Notes under the pieces: generated by a model | The model's input: the letters and a program-made list of their open reading frames with translations, nothing else | The model's database searches: none | Told to the model about the DNA's origin: nothing | Position numbers and translations under genes: made by a program | Part shown: positions 10,301 to 21,342 of the stretch, one piece after another | Layout: each line of letters starts with the position of its first letter | Position numbering within the stretch: the stretch's first letter is position 1 | Source of the DNA: an uncultured Spirochaetota bacterium | GTDB lineage: Bacteria > Spirochaetota > UBA4802 > UBA5550 | Assembly: GCA_963827275.1 (NCBI GenBank) | Contig: CAWHAA010000004.1 | Span: 224,001-288,000, forward strand | DNA length: 64,000 bases | Reading direction: 5' to 3'

Positions 10301-11629
10301 ATGAACCAGTTCGGAGACGTGCCTGAGGAAAGGCTGCAGGAGGAATACCGGCAGACCGTGCTGGGGAAATACCTGCGCTTTTCCGTGATCGGGGCGGTCA
10401 TGATCTTTGTCGCGATCGCCTATTTCATCTATGAGGACCATGTCAACGGGCTTCCTGCTATATCTGTCTCCTTCAGGCTCCTGCCGGTCGCGCTTTCAGC
10501 CTTTTTCCTTATCGTGCGGCTCACCCCTCTCAGGAACCGCACCACGCTGATAATCGGCCTGTACTATCTCTGCCTGGCCGGGCTCATGGTCATGATGGCG
10601 GGGCTCCTGGTGATAGCGGCCCCGACGAAGAGCTATGAGACGTACGTGCTCGGCACCGTGGTGGTGATCTTCTGCGTGTACCTCGCGAGCTTCTACAAGA
10701 TGAAGTACCTGGTCCCCGTATACGTCATCCCGCTGGGCGCCGCCATAACCGCCATCATCGCGAACGGCTCGATCCCGGTCCAGCGGGTGCTGGTCCTGTC
10801 GAATACCATCGTCGTCGCCTTCGTCTGCTGCCTGCTGACCGAGCTCCTTGACAGGATCCGCTACAGGGAGTTCCGCTCAAGCAGGATCATAGAGGCGCGG
10901 AACGTGACCCTGAGCAAGGAGCTGGCACTGGCCATGGCGGTGCAGCGCAACATCCTGCCGCACCGGGTGCCGGTCCCCGATGCCGTGAGCGTATCGGCGG
11001 AATATATCCCGATGATCGGCATCGGCGGGGACCTCTACGATTTTGTCGAATTCAGGGAGCAGGACGCCTTCGGCCTTTTTGTCTGCGATGTTTCCGGCCA
11101 CGGCGTTTCGGCGGCGCTCATATCAAGCATGGTCAAGGCGCACCTGAGCACGGTGCGGCATTCCTGCACCTCCCCGGCGGAGCTCCTGGGCTACATCAAC
11201 GAGCGGCTCGTGGGGCAGATCGGGGACCATTTCGTGACCGCGTTTTACGGCATCTACCGCGCGCCGGACCGGACCTTCACCTTCGCCCGCGCCGGGCACT
11301 GCTACCCGATCCTGGACCGGGGCGGCGAGATCACGGAGCTCAGGAGCCGGGGGAGCTTTCTCGGCAGGATCGGCGCGCTGGCGCTGGAGGAGGCGGCGGT
11401 GGGCCTCGACGCGGGCGACCGCATCATCATCTACACCGACGGCATCATCGAGGCCAGGGCGGACCGGGAGGGCATCTTCGGGGAGGAGCGCCTCATCAGC
11501 GCCGTCCGCGAGCACCGCGGCCTTGACAACGAGCGCCACATCGGGGCGATCATCGGCGCGGTGCGGCGGTTCCAGGGGCGGGAGGATTTCGAGGACGACG
11601 TCTGCATCATCACCATGCAGGTGCGGTGA
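10301..11629 (+). CDS. Membrane-bound PP2C/SpoIIE (RsbU-like) phosphatase
   Basis: About 6 TM segments, then ELALA..VQ..ILP, IGGDLYDF, CDVSGHGV.AAL, ARAGH, YTDGIIEA, EDDVCI. Confidence 0.9.
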   Translation: MNQFGDVPEERLQEEYRQTVLGKYLRFSVIGAVMIFVAIAYFIYEDHVNGLPAISVSFRLLPVALSAFFLIVRLTPLRNRTTLIIGLYYLCLAGLMVMMAGLLVIAAPTKSYETYVLGTVVVIFCVYLASFYKMKYLVPVYVIPLGAAITAIIANGSIPVQRVLVLSNTIVVAFVCCLLTELLDRIRYREFRSSRIIEARNVTLSKELALAMAVQRNILPHRVPVPDAVSVSAEYIPMIGIGGDLYDFVEFREQDAFGLFVCDVSGHGVSAALISSMVKAHLSTVRHSCTSPAELLGYINERLVGQIGDHFVTAFYGIYRAPDRTFTFARAGHCYPILDRGGEITELRSRGSFLGRIGALALEEAAVGLDAGDRIIIYTDGIIEARADREGIFGEERLISAVREHRGLDNERHIGAIIGAVRRFQGREDFEDDVCIITMQVR

Positions 11630-11640
11630 CCCGGACGCGG

Positions 11641-12225
11641 TCACCTGCTCCGCTTCAGCTTTTTCCTCCGCCGCACGCTGTACCCGAAATACCCCATGGG
11701 CCTTCCGAGCCCGCAGTAGTCGCCGTGGTTGTAGCAGGCCAGGCCCGCGCGCTCCAGGCAGAGCTTCCCCTTGCCGTCGATGAGCCCCTCGTCCACGTTG
11801 ACCGCGACGATCCTCGACAGGAACATGTCGTGCGAGCCCAGGCGGAGGACCTCCGTCACCTCGCACTCGATGTTGACCGGGCTTTCCTCGATTAGCGGCA
11901 CGCCGACGACCGATGCAGGCGCCGCGGTGAGCTTCGCCGCCCTGAACTTGTCCACGCTCCTGCCTGATTTCACGCCGCACAGGTCGGCGGCGCGGACAAG
12001 CCCGCGCGTGACAAGGTTCACCACGAACTGCTTGCGCTCCGCTATGAGCCCGTGCGAATAGCGTTCGGGCCGCACGGATATGGACAGCATCGGCGGCTCC
12101 GAATTTATGGTGCCGGTCCAGGCGATAGTGATGATGTTGGGCCTCCCCTCCCCGTCGGCGCAGGTGACCATCACCACCGGCACCGGGTTCAGCATCGTCG
12201 AGGGCTTCCACTGGATTTTTGGCAT
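11641..12225 (-). CDS. Flavin reductase-like (FMN-binding split barrel) protein
   Basis: LNPVPVVMVT, NIITIAW, ISVRPERYSH, CGVKSGR..DKF, PLIEESPVNIEC, LGSHDMF. Confidence 0.92.
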   Translation of the reverse strand: MPKIQWKPSTMLNPVPVVMVTCADGEGRPNIITIAWTGTINSEPPMLSISVRPERYSHGLIAERKQFVVNLVTRGLVRAADLCGVKSGRSVDKFRAAKLTAAPASVVGVPLIEESPVNIECEVTEVLRLGSHDMFLSRIVAVNVDEGLIDGKGKLCLERAGLACYNHGDYCGLGRPMGYFGYSVRRRKKLKRSR

Positions 12226-12527
12226 TCGCGTCACCTCACGGGTTCCTGGGTCACGGCGGCAGCGATCGCGGCGGGTGCGGACGATGCATTGCCTCTGCCC
12301 TGCCGCGCATGCGTGCGGGATGCGCCGGATGCATGAGTATGGAACAATCCGGTTTTCTGTAAAGGTTTTTATCTCCGGCGCGGCCAATTCCCCGCGGTCG
12401 GCCCCGGTGATCCCTTAAAAATATTGCGTGCGATGTATATTTCTTGACATTGTTTTAATGCTGGTATTGTTTTTAACTGCTGCCCGCTATGGGCAGTACA
12501 GAGATACACCCCAGAGGCCCGGAAAGA

Positions 12528-14696
12528 ATGAATAAACTATGTGTCTCCCTCATGTTGGTCCTGTTGTTGTGCGGCGTCTCCCATGCCGGTCCCATCATAA
12601 TTGACAACACCCTCACAAAAAAGCAGATCACAACCGACATAGAATACCTGGCTGATGCAACCGGCGGAATGACCCTCGACCAGGCAAAATCGAATGAAGC
12701 CGGCTGGGCCCGCACCGAGAAAAAGGCCTTTAACTTCGGCTTCACTACCACGGAGTACTGGTTCAGGTTCACTGTTGAAAATCCCGGGAAAAAGACCATG
12801 CCCTGGTTTTTTGAGATCGATTACCCGATGATAGACGACATCAAACTGTATATTCCTGACGGCGAAGAGGGGTATGTCATCAGGGAGTACGGCGACCACC
12901 TCCCTTTCGATAAGAGGGACATCAAGGACCGGACTTTTATCTTTTCCCTCGATGCGCATCCCGGCTCCTGGACCTACTACTTTCATATCAAGACCACCAG
13001 CTCGATCAACTTCCAGGCGCTGGCGTGGACGCCGAACTTTTATTTCAATAACGTGTTCAGCGAGCTCCCCCTGTTCTGGATCTACTACGGGCTCATGATG
13101 GTCATGGTGCTCTACAACCTCCTGCTGTTCGTTACGATACGCGAGATAAGCTTCCTGCTCTATTCCCTGTTTATTACCTGCTGGGGCCTTTTTCAATTGA
13201 CCCTGAACGGGTTTGCTTTCCAGTACCTGTGGCCCAACCTGATCTGGTGGGCGAATGTCTGCCTCCCCTTTTTCATGTCGCTGATCGCGGTGTTCTGCGT
13301 GATGTTCGTGCGGGAATACCTGCAGACGAAGCTGAATTATCCAAGGTTGAACAAGTTCTTTATCTTCGGCCTGCTCATACCCAGCTCGATCATCGGCGTG
13401 GTGACGCTTCTGATACCCTACAAGTTTAGCATTAAAATTGCCACCATCAATTCCCTGCTGTTCGCGCTTATAATGATTCCCGTGGGGACGTTCCTGAGCA
13501 TTCGCGGGTACCGGCCCGCGAAGTTTTTCCTGGGCGGTTGGGGATTGCTCTTCCTCGGCATCGCTGCCTACACGCTGAAAACCTTCGGGATACTGCCGGC
13601 GAACTTCTTCACCAACTGGGGCATCCAGATCGGGTCCTCCATGATGGTGGTCCTGATCTCCCTCGGGCTCGGCGACAAGATCAACAGCATGAAGAAAGAT
13701 CTTCAAAGGCTGAACGCCGAATCAGAGAAGAACGAGAAGGTGGCCAGGAGCCGGGCCGGGTACCTGGAGGGGATCGTGAACACGGTCAGGTCGATTTCAC
13801 AGGACCTCATGCAGATCGGCAATGAAATGTCGGGCATGGGCTCGAAGTTTGCGGACCTCGGCACCGAGCAGGCCTCCACGAGCGAGGAGATGTCCGCGAC
13901 CTTCGAGGAGCTGGTCGTGGCCAACGACAACATCTACCGCCGCACCGTGAGCCAGAAGGACGAGGGCAAGAAGACGCGGGAGCTTTCCGGCCTGACCGCC
14001 GACACCCAGAAAAAAATATCGGAATCGAGCCAGGCGGTGGTGGACAGCATGGGGGTCATCTCCGATTCCACGAACGTGACGGAATTCACCATGCGGAACC
14101 TCACCGAGAAGATGAACGTCATCATGGCGGGCGGCAGGTCGATCGACCAGTTCGTCGTCATGATCGACGACATCACCGACCGGATCAACCTCCTCAGCCT
14201 GAACGCCGCCATCGAGGCGGCCCGCGCCGGCGAGCACGGCCGCGGCTTCGCGGTCGTCGCCGACGAGATCGGGAAGCTGGCGCAGGCGACCTCCGACAAC
14301 TCAAAGGAGATATCGAGCAAGATACGCCAGATATCCCAGGACATCCAGGAAGGGATGGGGATGCTGAACAACACGAACAATTCTATAGACGTCATCTTCA
14401 AGATGGTCGAGACGATAAACGACAGGATCAGCATCGTCGCCAAGCACATGGACAGCCAGGCCCACGCGATACAGGACGTTACCCGGCAGGCCGAGCTCAT
14501 GGACAGCCTGTCGGAATCGATCTCCATCTCGAGCCGCGAGCAGAACGCCGCCATGGAAGAGACGCTGAAGACGATTTCCCGCCTTTCCGATATCGCGCAG
14601 GAGGTGTCGCAGTCGACGGTCACCATCAACAACATCTCCCGGACGATCAATGACAAGGTGCGGCAGCTCGACGAGATCGTGAAAAACATCGAATGA
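12528..14696 (+). CDS. Methyl-accepting chemotaxis protein with 7TM-DISM sensor
   Basis: Signal peptide, DISMED2-like NFGFT..EYW.RF, 7TM region ([15 protein letters not shown]), signalling hairpin [29 protein letters not shown]. Confidence 0.93.
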   Translation: MNKLCVSLMLVLLLCGVSHAGPIIIDNTLTKKQITTDIEYLADATGGMTLDQAKSNEAGWARTEKKAFNFGFTTTEYWFRFTVENPGKKTMPWFFEIDYPMIDDIKLYIPDGEEGYVIREYGDHLPFDKRDIKDRTFIFSLDAHPGSWTYYFHIKTTSSINFQALAWTPNFYFNNVFSELPLFWIYYGLMMVMVLYNLLLFVTIREISFLLYSLFITCWGLFQLTLNGFAFQYLWPNLIWWANVCLPFFMSLIAVFCVMFVREYLQTKLNYPRLNKFFIFGLLIPSSIIGVVTLLIPYKFSIKIATINSLLFALIMIPVGTFLSIRGYRPAKFFLGGWGLLFLGIAAYTLKTFGILPANFFTNWGIQIGSSMMVVLISLGLGDKINSMKKDLQRLNAESEKNEKVARSRAGYLEGIVNTVRSISQDLMQIGNEMSGMGSKFADLGTEQASTSEEMSATFEELVVANDNIYRRTVSQKDEGKKTRELSGLTADTQKKISESSQAVVDSMGVISDSTNVTEFTMRNLTEKMNVIMAGGRSIDQFVVMIDDITDRINLLSLNAAIEAARAGEHGRGFAVVADEIGKLAQATSDNSKEISSKIRQISQDIQEGMGMLNNTNNSIDVIFKMVETINDRISIVAKHMDSQAHAIQDVTRQAELMDSLSESISISSREQNAAMEETLKTISRLSDIAQEVSQSTVTINNISRTINDKVRQLDEIVKNIE

Positions 14697-14714
14697 CCGC
14701 CCGCCCGGAAGCGG

Positions 14715-15620
14715 TCAGGGCCTTCTTTTTCCGCCCGGCCCCGCCCGGTGTCCGAGGACCAGCACGGTCCTCTCCGCGGCCGCGTCCGCGCGCTGCCGGT
14801 ATTCCCGCGAAGAGAAATAGCGCACCAGCTCGTCCGTGACGGGCAGGACCTGCTCCGAGGGCGTGAAGAGGACGGGCGTTCCGGTCCGGGCGTCCCGGAC
14901 AGCACCCGCTGAGAACGCGCGGCTTACCGCCGCCAGGGGGTAACGCCCCAGGTCCCTGGCGGCAGCGCGCAGCATGCCTTCGCGCTCCGGGTCGGCGAAC
15001 CTGAAGCTCCCCGAGTACATGACCGCCGCGTGGTAGTGCTCCGGCACGTCCAGGACGGCCCCGGCGCCGAGGTCTGCCGCGAACAGCTTCATGAGGGGCG
15101 CGAGGAACCTGACCGCGCCGAGGCCTGGGTAGGTCTGGCCGGGAAGGCGCGGCCGCTTCCTGGTGAACCGGGCCCGCGGGTCCTGGAGGCAGATCCATTC
15201 TATGGCAATGGCGCTGATGCGCCCGTCGCCGATGGCGCCCGTACCGCGGGGCCCCGCGGGCAGGTAGGTCAGGCGGGACAGGCGGAGGTCGATAAGCAGG
15301 CGCCCGGGCGCGGACCTGCCGAAAAACACGCGCAGGCGGTGGATACCGGCCGGGTCCTTTTCTGTTTCGATGAGCGGGTCTGAAAGGCCCTTTTTATTGA
15401 GATGGTCCATGATGCCGGCGCGGGAAAGGATATCACGGAGGGCATCAGGGGTGTAGACGTCAAGGAAGAGATCCGCGCACTCGCCCGTGCCCGAGACGGA
15501 ACTCAGCGTGCATTCGAACCGCCCAGCACCCAGGTCAAATCCTTCGAACCTGGAGACGGCCGCGGATTTTTCTTTTTTTTTGAAGAAAGACCGGAATATT
15601 TCTAACGGCGATTTCATCAT
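14715..15620 (-). CDS. Conserved hypothetical protein, possibly GNAT-like
   Basis: Long ORF with GGAGG RBS; IEWICLQDP, RPRLPGQTYPGLG, PEHYH.A..YS..FRF motifs; function not recognised with certainty. Confidence 0.65.
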   Translation of the reverse strand: MMKSPLEIFRSFFKKKEKSAAVSRFEGFDLGAGRFECTLSSVSGTGECADLFLDVYTPDALRDILSRAGIMDHLNKKGLSDPLIETEKDPAGIHRLRVFFGRSAPGRLLIDLRLSRLTYLPAGPRGTGAIGDGRISAIAIEWICLQDPRARFTRKRPRLPGQTYPGLGAVRFLAPLMKLFAADLGAGAVLDVPEHYHAAVMYSGSFRFADPEREGMLRAAARDLGRYPLAAVSRAFSAGAVRDARTGTPVLFTPSEQVLPVTDELVRYFSSREYRQRADAAAERTVLVLGHRAGPGGKRRP

Positions 15621-15905
15621 GTGCCTCCGGCAAATCATTGCCTGGTCTATGATAAAAAAAATCAAATGATTTTTATTGCCTGCTTCTCTGTCATCACTGA
15701 CTGTAGCCACTATGTTTTTAAGAACTCCCTGCCCCCCCGTAGGGGGCCGCAGGAAATAGTTTTCATCGCATCGCCGGGCCTCTGGCAGCTGTTCAGGGTT
15801 CTATCAAAATTTTCTTGCAAAAATGCTGACCGCTGATCTACTATTCTGCGGGTAGGCATTCGTTGCATTTTTAAAAAAATTTCTGGATTTCCGCGGGTCG
15901 CGCGA

Positions 15906-15925
15906 CCCTTCGACAGGCTCAGGGC
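15906..15925. repeat. REP-like element CCCTTCGACAGGCTCAGGGC
   Basis: Resembles a widespread short extragenic CTTCGACAnGCTCAG element with CCCT/AGGG ends; single copy in this window. Confidence 0.45.
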
Positions 15926-16070
15926 AAGAATTTTAAACCTCTATCGAGCGCTTTTTCTGCCGGAGGGGGCTTAATCTGAGAGGGGGACGGCTTCAGGTAA
16001 AACGCATTCAGTCTCATGGGCCTATACTGATGAAGATGCAATTATTTTGATAGTTATTTAGGAGAAATTC

Positions 16071-16532
16071 ATGAAAAAGGTGTTCGGAATTGTACTGATG
16101 ATGTTGTTCTGCCTGCTATGCATCAACATCTACGCTGCGGAGAAAGATGCTGATGGGTGCAAGGATCATCCATTGATTCCCAGAATGCAGGGATATTATA
16201 TTGCCGGGTGCAACGAGATTCCTGCCGGAGCTGACCTGGATATTATAAAGGGAGCGATCACCGAGCCAGTCCATTTCGAAGGAACATCCATTGCGTTTTC
16301 ATACATGCCGCAGCCCGGGCTTAAAACTACGCCGAGTGAAGCCCGGCTGCGGAGCCATTTCGATGCTGCCATTAAACAATTGGATGGCGCACTTTTCGGC
16401 ATAACATTCGGACAGAAATGGCCGGTCTATACGTTCGTCAAGGATGGAAAGAAATACTGGGTCATATTGATGGTTGACTCCGGCAAATACTACAATGGTT
16501 CTTATGCGTACAGAATCATAAAAAAAGAATAG
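16071..16532 (+). CDS. Small exported protein (similar to the N-terminal domain of some OmpA-family proteins)
   Basis: AGGAG RBS, signal peptide, KD..GCKDHPLIPRM.GY.I motif; lower GC than neighbours. Confidence 0.7.
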   Translation: MKKVFGIVLMMLFCLLCINIYAAEKDADGCKDHPLIPRMQGYYIAGCNEIPAGADLDIIKGAITEPVHFEGTSIAFSYMPQPGLKTTPSEARLRSHFDAAIKQLDGALFGITFGQKWPVYTFVKDGKKYWVILMVDSGKYYNGSYAYRIIKKE

Positions 16533-16729
16533 AAGGTGCGGCGCCTAACAGTGATCAATATTTGAAAAGCCGTCCCGCATAATGCTTGACGGAATGGCCG
16601 TTTGTGGTGTCAAGTAGCCTTGTTTTTTCAGCCCGGGCCGCTGCTGCGGGGATATTTCATCAGTTTTTCCCGGCATCACCGCGACGCGGTGCCATAATAT
16701 GAATAACGACGTGTTTCAATGGAGGATGT

Positions 16730-17881
16730 ATGTCATTTAAGAAATTGCTTGTTGTGCTGCTCTGCGCGGGCCTGCTGTCCCTGGTAGTTTCATGCAAGAA
16801 GAAGAGCGGGGAAAGCATCAAGATCGGCGCTATTTTTTCGGTAACGGGACCGGCCTCGTTCCTGGGGGCGCCGGAGGAAAAAACGGCCCGGATGATGGTC
16901 GATGCGATCAACGACAGGGGCGGGATCAACGGAAAGACCCTCGAGCTGATCGTCAAGGACTCCGCGGGCAGCCCGGAGAAGGCGATCTCCTTCGCCAAGC
17001 AGCTCATCGAGGAAGAAAAGGTGTACGCGATCATCGGCCCTTCCACCAGCGGTGAAACAATGAAGATCAAGGGGATCTGCGAAGAGGGCAAGACCATCCT
17101 TATCTCCTGCGCGGCGGCCGAGGTCATAACCAACCCGGTCACGAAGTATACCTTCAAGGTGGCCCAGAACGACAGCTTCGGCGCGCAGAAGATCTGCGAG
17201 GTGATGAAGAAAAAGGGGATTTTAAAGATAGGGATCATATCCAGCAATGACGGCTACGGCATCGCCGGGAAGGAGCAGATGGAAAAGGCCGCCGCGAAAA
17301 ACGGCATCGCGGTGCTCATCAGCGAGGTTTACGACAAGAAGGCCACCGACCTCAGCGGCGTGCTCACCAAGCTCAAGGCGAAGAACGTGCAGGCGGTGGT
17401 GAACTGGTCGATCGTTCCGGCGCAGTCGATCGTGCCGAAGAACATGAAGCAGCTCAACATGGACGCGGTGCTCTTCCAGAGCAGCGGCTTCGGCAACATC
17501 AAGTATGCGAAGGAGGCGGGCGAGGCCGGCGAGGGCATCATCTTTCCCTGCGGGCGCCTGCTGATTGCGGATGCCTTGCCCGACAACCACCCGCAAAAGG
17601 CCCTGCTCATGAAATACAAGAAGGACTACGAATCGAAATACGGTGAGGACGCCAGCACCTTCGGGGGGCACGCCTATGACGCGATCATCATCCTCGAGGT
17701 GGCGATCCAGAAGGCCGGGACCGACAGGGAACGGGCGCGCGATGCGATAGAGAGCATCAGGGACCTGCCCGGGGTCGGGGGGGTGTATAATTTTTCACCT
17801 GCCGATCACCTCGGACTGGATATCAACGCGTTTGACATGCTCACGGTCAAGGGCGGCAAGTTCGTAAAATACGAGGAATAA
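16730..17881 (+). CDS. Liv-type (HAAT) ABC substrate-binding lipoprotein, copy 1
   Basis: Lipobox VVSC, IKIGAIFSVTGPASFLG, GGING, IIGPSTSG, FGGHAYDA. Confidence 0.93.
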   Translation: MSFKKLLVVLLCAGLLSLVVSCKKKSGESIKIGAIFSVTGPASFLGAPEEKTARMMVDAINDRGGINGKTLELIVKDSAGSPEKAISFAKQLIEEEKVYAIIGPSTSGETMKIKGICEEGKTILISCAAAEVITNPVTKYTFKVAQNDSFGAQKICEVMKKKGILKIGIISSNDGYGIAGKEQMEKAAAKNGIAVLISEVYDKKATDLSGVLTKLKAKNVQAVVNWSIVPAQSIVPKNMKQLNMDAVLFQSSGFGNIKYAKEAGEAGEGIIFPCGRLLIADALPDNHPQKALLMKYKKDYESKYGEDASTFGGHAYDAIIILEVAIQKAGTDRERARDAIESIRDLPGVGGVYNFSPADHLGLDINAFDMLTVKGGKFVKYEE

Positions 17882-17895
17882 CGACAGCCCGTGCC

Positions 17896-17919
17896 GGCGG
17901 CGCCCTTCGGGGCGCCGCC
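17896..17919 (+). terminator. Intergenic hairpin with UUCG loop
   Basis: GGCGGCGCCC-TTCG-GGGCGCCGCC directly after binding-protein gene 1; no U-tract. Confidence 0.55.
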
Positions 17920-18137
17920 AAAAAACACTACCCCCGGACCGCTAAATGCTTGACGCGGGGGTGGGGGTAGTGTTGATTTACTCAGTTTTTTGGCCCCTTC
18001 CACGGTCGTTGAATTTAATTATACTGAACATTGGTCGGCGGCGGCCCGGACGGTCGCGCGGCACTTCACACATGCGGCGCCGGCATATGTCAGTATAAAA
18101 AGATAGAATTATATTTTTCTAAATTACTGGAGGCGTT

Positions 18138-19287
18138 ATGTCATTAAGGAATGTTTTCATTGTTCTATTGTGTGCATGTCTTCTCCCCTTTGCGTTTTCA
18201 TGCAAGAAGCAGAGCGGGGAAACCATCAAGATCGGCGCGATTTTTTCAGTGACGGGGCCCGCTTCGTTCCTCGGCGCGCCCGAGTCCAAGACCGCGGAAA
18301 TGCTGATCGACGAGATCAACGGCAAGGGCGGGATCGACGGGAAGACGATCAAGCTTATCGTCAAGGACTCGGCGGGCAGCCCGGAGAAGGCGATCTCCTT
18401 CGCCAAGCAGCTTATCGAGGAAGAGAAGGTGTTCGCGATCATCGGGCCGTCAACAAGCGGCGAGTCGATGAAGATCAAGTCGATCTGCGAGGAGGCGAAG
18501 ATGATCCTGATCTCCTGCGCGGCGGCGGAAGTCATCGTGAACCCGGTGGCGACGTACGTGTTCAAGTCACCCCAGAACGACCGTTTCGCGGCCGAGAAGA
18601 TCTACGAGGTGATGAAGAAGAAAGGGATCACGAAGATAGGGATCGTTTCGAGCAATGACGGCTTCGGCCTCGCGGGCAAGGAACAGCTGGAAAAACTCGC
18701 CCCCTCCAAGGGGATCACGATACTTATCAGCGAAGTCTATGACAAGAAGGCGACCGACCTGACCGGCGTCCTTACCAAGCTCAAGGCGAAGAACGTGCAG
18801 GCGGTGGTGAACTGGTCGATCGTCCCTGCACAGTCAATCGTGGCGAAGAACATGAAGCAGCTCAACATGACGTGCGACCCTCTTCCAGAGCCACGGCTTC
18901 GGGAACATCAAGTACGTCAAGGAAGCGGGAGAGGCGGCAGAGGGGATTATCTTCCCCGCCGGGCGCCTGCTGATAGCGGACCAGCTTGCGGACAACCATC
19001 CGCAAAAGGCCATGCTCATGAAGTACAAGAAGGACTACGAGTCGAAATACGGCGAGGACGCCAGCACCTTCGGCGGGCATGCCTATGACGCGCTCCTGAT
19101 CCTGGTGGAGGCCATCAAGAAGGCGGGCGCTGACAGGGAAAAGGTCCGCGACGCGATCGAGGACATGAAGGGGCTTGCCGGCACCGGCGGCATCTTCAAT
19201 TTTTCACCGAAAGACCACAACGGGCTTGACATAAACGCCTTTGATATGCTTACCGTTAAGGGCGGCAAGTTTGTCAGGTATGAATAA
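18138..19287 (+). CDS. Liv-type ABC substrate-binding lipoprotein, copy 2 (one frameshift near 18870)
   Basis: Colinear paralog of 16730-17881; similarity continues in another frame (LFQSHGFGNIKY...) to the stop at 19287. Confidence 0.88.
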
Positions 19288-19310
19288 GCCAGCATGATAC
19301 CCGGCGGGAG

Positions 19311-19332
19311 GGCGGCGTCGCAAGACGCCGCC
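19311..19332 (+). other. Intercistronic hairpin with GCAA loop
   Basis: GGCGGCGTC-GCAA-GACGCCGCC between the binding-protein gene and the permease; typical position for an mRNA-stabilising stem. Confidence 0.5.
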
Positions 19333-19351
19333 TTCGCCTGTTTAATTCGCC

Positions 19352-20230
19352 ATGTCCCTTGAACAGTTACTACAATACGTCCTTTCCGGAATCACCAACG
19401 GCAGCATCTACGCCATTGTCGCCATCGGATTCAATATCATATACAACACCACCGGGATAATCAACTTCGCGCAGGGCGAGTTCCTGATGCTGGGCGGAAT
19501 GACCGCCATATCGCTTTCGGCGTTCATGCCGCTCCCCCTTGCCGTGCTCGCCGCGGTGGTCATCACCTCGTTCGTCGGGGCGCTGATCGACTTCCTGTTC
19601 ATACGGCGCCTGAAGAACCCGTCGGTGCTGAGCATGGTCATCGTCACCGTCGGGCTCTCCATCGTGATACGCGAGATCGCACTGCACATATGGGACGAGA
19701 AGGTGCGCTCGCTGCCCTATTTCACCGGCAACGAAATCACCTCCATCAATATCCTGGGCGCGTTCATTTCGCCCCAGGTGCTCTGGGTGCTCGGCATCTC
19801 CGGCGTGATCGTCGTGTTCCTCGGCTTTTTTTTCAAGTTCACGCTCACGGGCCGCTCGATGCGGGCGTGCGCGTCCAATATCACCGCCGCGCGGCTCTGC
19901 GGCATCAACTCCAGGAACATGGTGACCATCTCCTTCATGCTGAGCGCCGCCATCGGGGCGCTCGCCGGCTGCGTGATATCGCCCATCACCCAGACGCAGT
20001 ATGACTGCGGCACCTCCCTCGCCATCAAGGGGTTCACCGTGGCGATCCTGGGGGGGCTGGGAAACAGCACCGGCGCGGTCGTCGGCGGGATCATCATCGG
20101 GCTCCTGGAGGCCTTCAGCATCAGCATACTCCCCCTGGCGTACAAGGACGCAATCGCCATCGCGATACTCCTGGTCATCCTGTTCGTGCGGCCATCGGGG
20201 CTCTTCGGCAAAAAAGAGGCGGCGGGGTGA
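19352..20230 (+). CDS. livH: HAAT ABC transporter permease
   Basis: GSIYAIVAIGF.IIY, INFAQGEF.MLG, KGFTVAILGGLG, RPSGLFG. Confidence 0.93.
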   Translation: MSLEQLLQYVLSGITNGSIYAIVAIGFNIIYNTTGIINFAQGEFLMLGGMTAISLSAFMPLPLAVLAAVVITSFVGALIDFLFIRRLKNPSVLSMVIVTVGLSIVIREIALHIWDEKVRSLPYFTGNEITSINILGAFISPQVLWVLGISGVIVVFLGFFFKFTLTGRSMRACASNITAARLCGINSRNMVTISFMLSAAIGALAGCVISPITQTQYDCGTSLAIKGFTVAILGGLGNSTGAVVGGIIIGLLEAFSISILPLAYKDAIAIAILLVILFVRPSGLFGKKEAAG

Positions 20231-20240
20231 AGGTGTTCCG

Positions 20241-21313
20241 ATGAAGATCAATATGAAAAAGTACGTCCCCGTTATCGGGCTTGTCGCCTGCATCGTGTTG
20301 TTCCAGGCCGTCACGTCCGTGATCGGGCAGGGAATTTTATCTCACGCAGCTTACCATGGCGGCCTATTATTGCCTGGTGATACTCGGTCTCACCGTGCTC
20401 ATGGGCTATACCGGCCAGATATCCATGGGACACGCCGCGTTTTTCGCCATGGGCGGATACACCACGGCGGTGCATGACGACCCGGGACCTCATGAGTATA
20501 AAGGAGCTCCCGGCCCTCGACCTGGCAATCAGGCTGGGCCTTGCCGTGACGGAAAAAAACGCCTACGGCGCCGAGGTGCTCCACATCTCCCCCTGGGTGT
20601 CGCTCATTGCCGCCGTGCGTCCTTACCGCGGCGGTCGCCTTCCTGATCGGGATCCCCATACTCAAGCTCAAGGGGCATTACCTGGCCATGGCGACCCTGG
20701 GCTTCGGCATCATCGTGTACCGGATCGTGCTGGGCTCGCGGATCTTCGGCGAAGCTGACGGGATATCCGACATCCCGTCCTTCGGCCTCGGCGGGGGGCT
20801 TGCCGTGAACGGCGACCCGGCCTGCGGGTCCAGAACTATTATATCGCCGCGTTCCTGGTGGTGGCGGGGATCGTCCTCCTCCTGAACCTGGTCGATTCGC
20901 GCGTGGGACGCGCGCTCCGGTCGATACACGGGAGCGAGGACGCGGCCAACGCGATGGGGGTGAACGCGGCGCGGTACAAGCTCCTCGTGTTCGTCCTGTC
21001 GGCGGTGTTCGCGTGCATCGCGGGCGTGTTCCTCACGCATTTCAACGGGGGGATCGGGCCTTCCGAGGCCGATGTCATGAAATCGGTCAGCTACGTGGCC
21101 ATCGTCGCGGTGGGCGGCATGGCGAACCTGTGGGGGGCCCTGGTGATGGGGATTGTACTGAATTACCTTTCGCTGCGGGGCTATTTCGGGAGCTATGACG
21201 AGTTCGTGTTCGGCAGCATCCTGATCGTCATCATGCTCTTTTTCCCCGAACGGCCTTTTGAAAATGGAAAATTTCCGGGGAGTGGCGGACGCCGCCGCCC
21301 GGCTTATGAGTAA
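20241..21313 (+). CDS. livM: HAAT ABC transporter permease (about 5 frameshifts)
   Basis: Fragments in successive frames: GYTGQISMGHAAFFAMGGY; LKLKGHYLAMATLGFG; SRVGRALRSI, ARYKL.VF.LSA, VGGM.NLWG; end approximate. Confidence 0.82.
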
Positions 21314-21342
21314 AAAACGCGCCGGCGGCGGGGAAGGGAAAG

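Noticed and set aside
15960..16045. TPP or fluoride riboswitch, or hammerhead ribozyme (CTGAGA, CTGATGA words)
   Set aside because: The remaining conserved elements and pairings are missing; an Infernal/Rfam scan would be decisive
16050..16620. Integron gene cassette (low GC, GCCTAAC just after the stop codon)
   Set aside because: No complementary GTTRRRY end, attC stem or integrase visible
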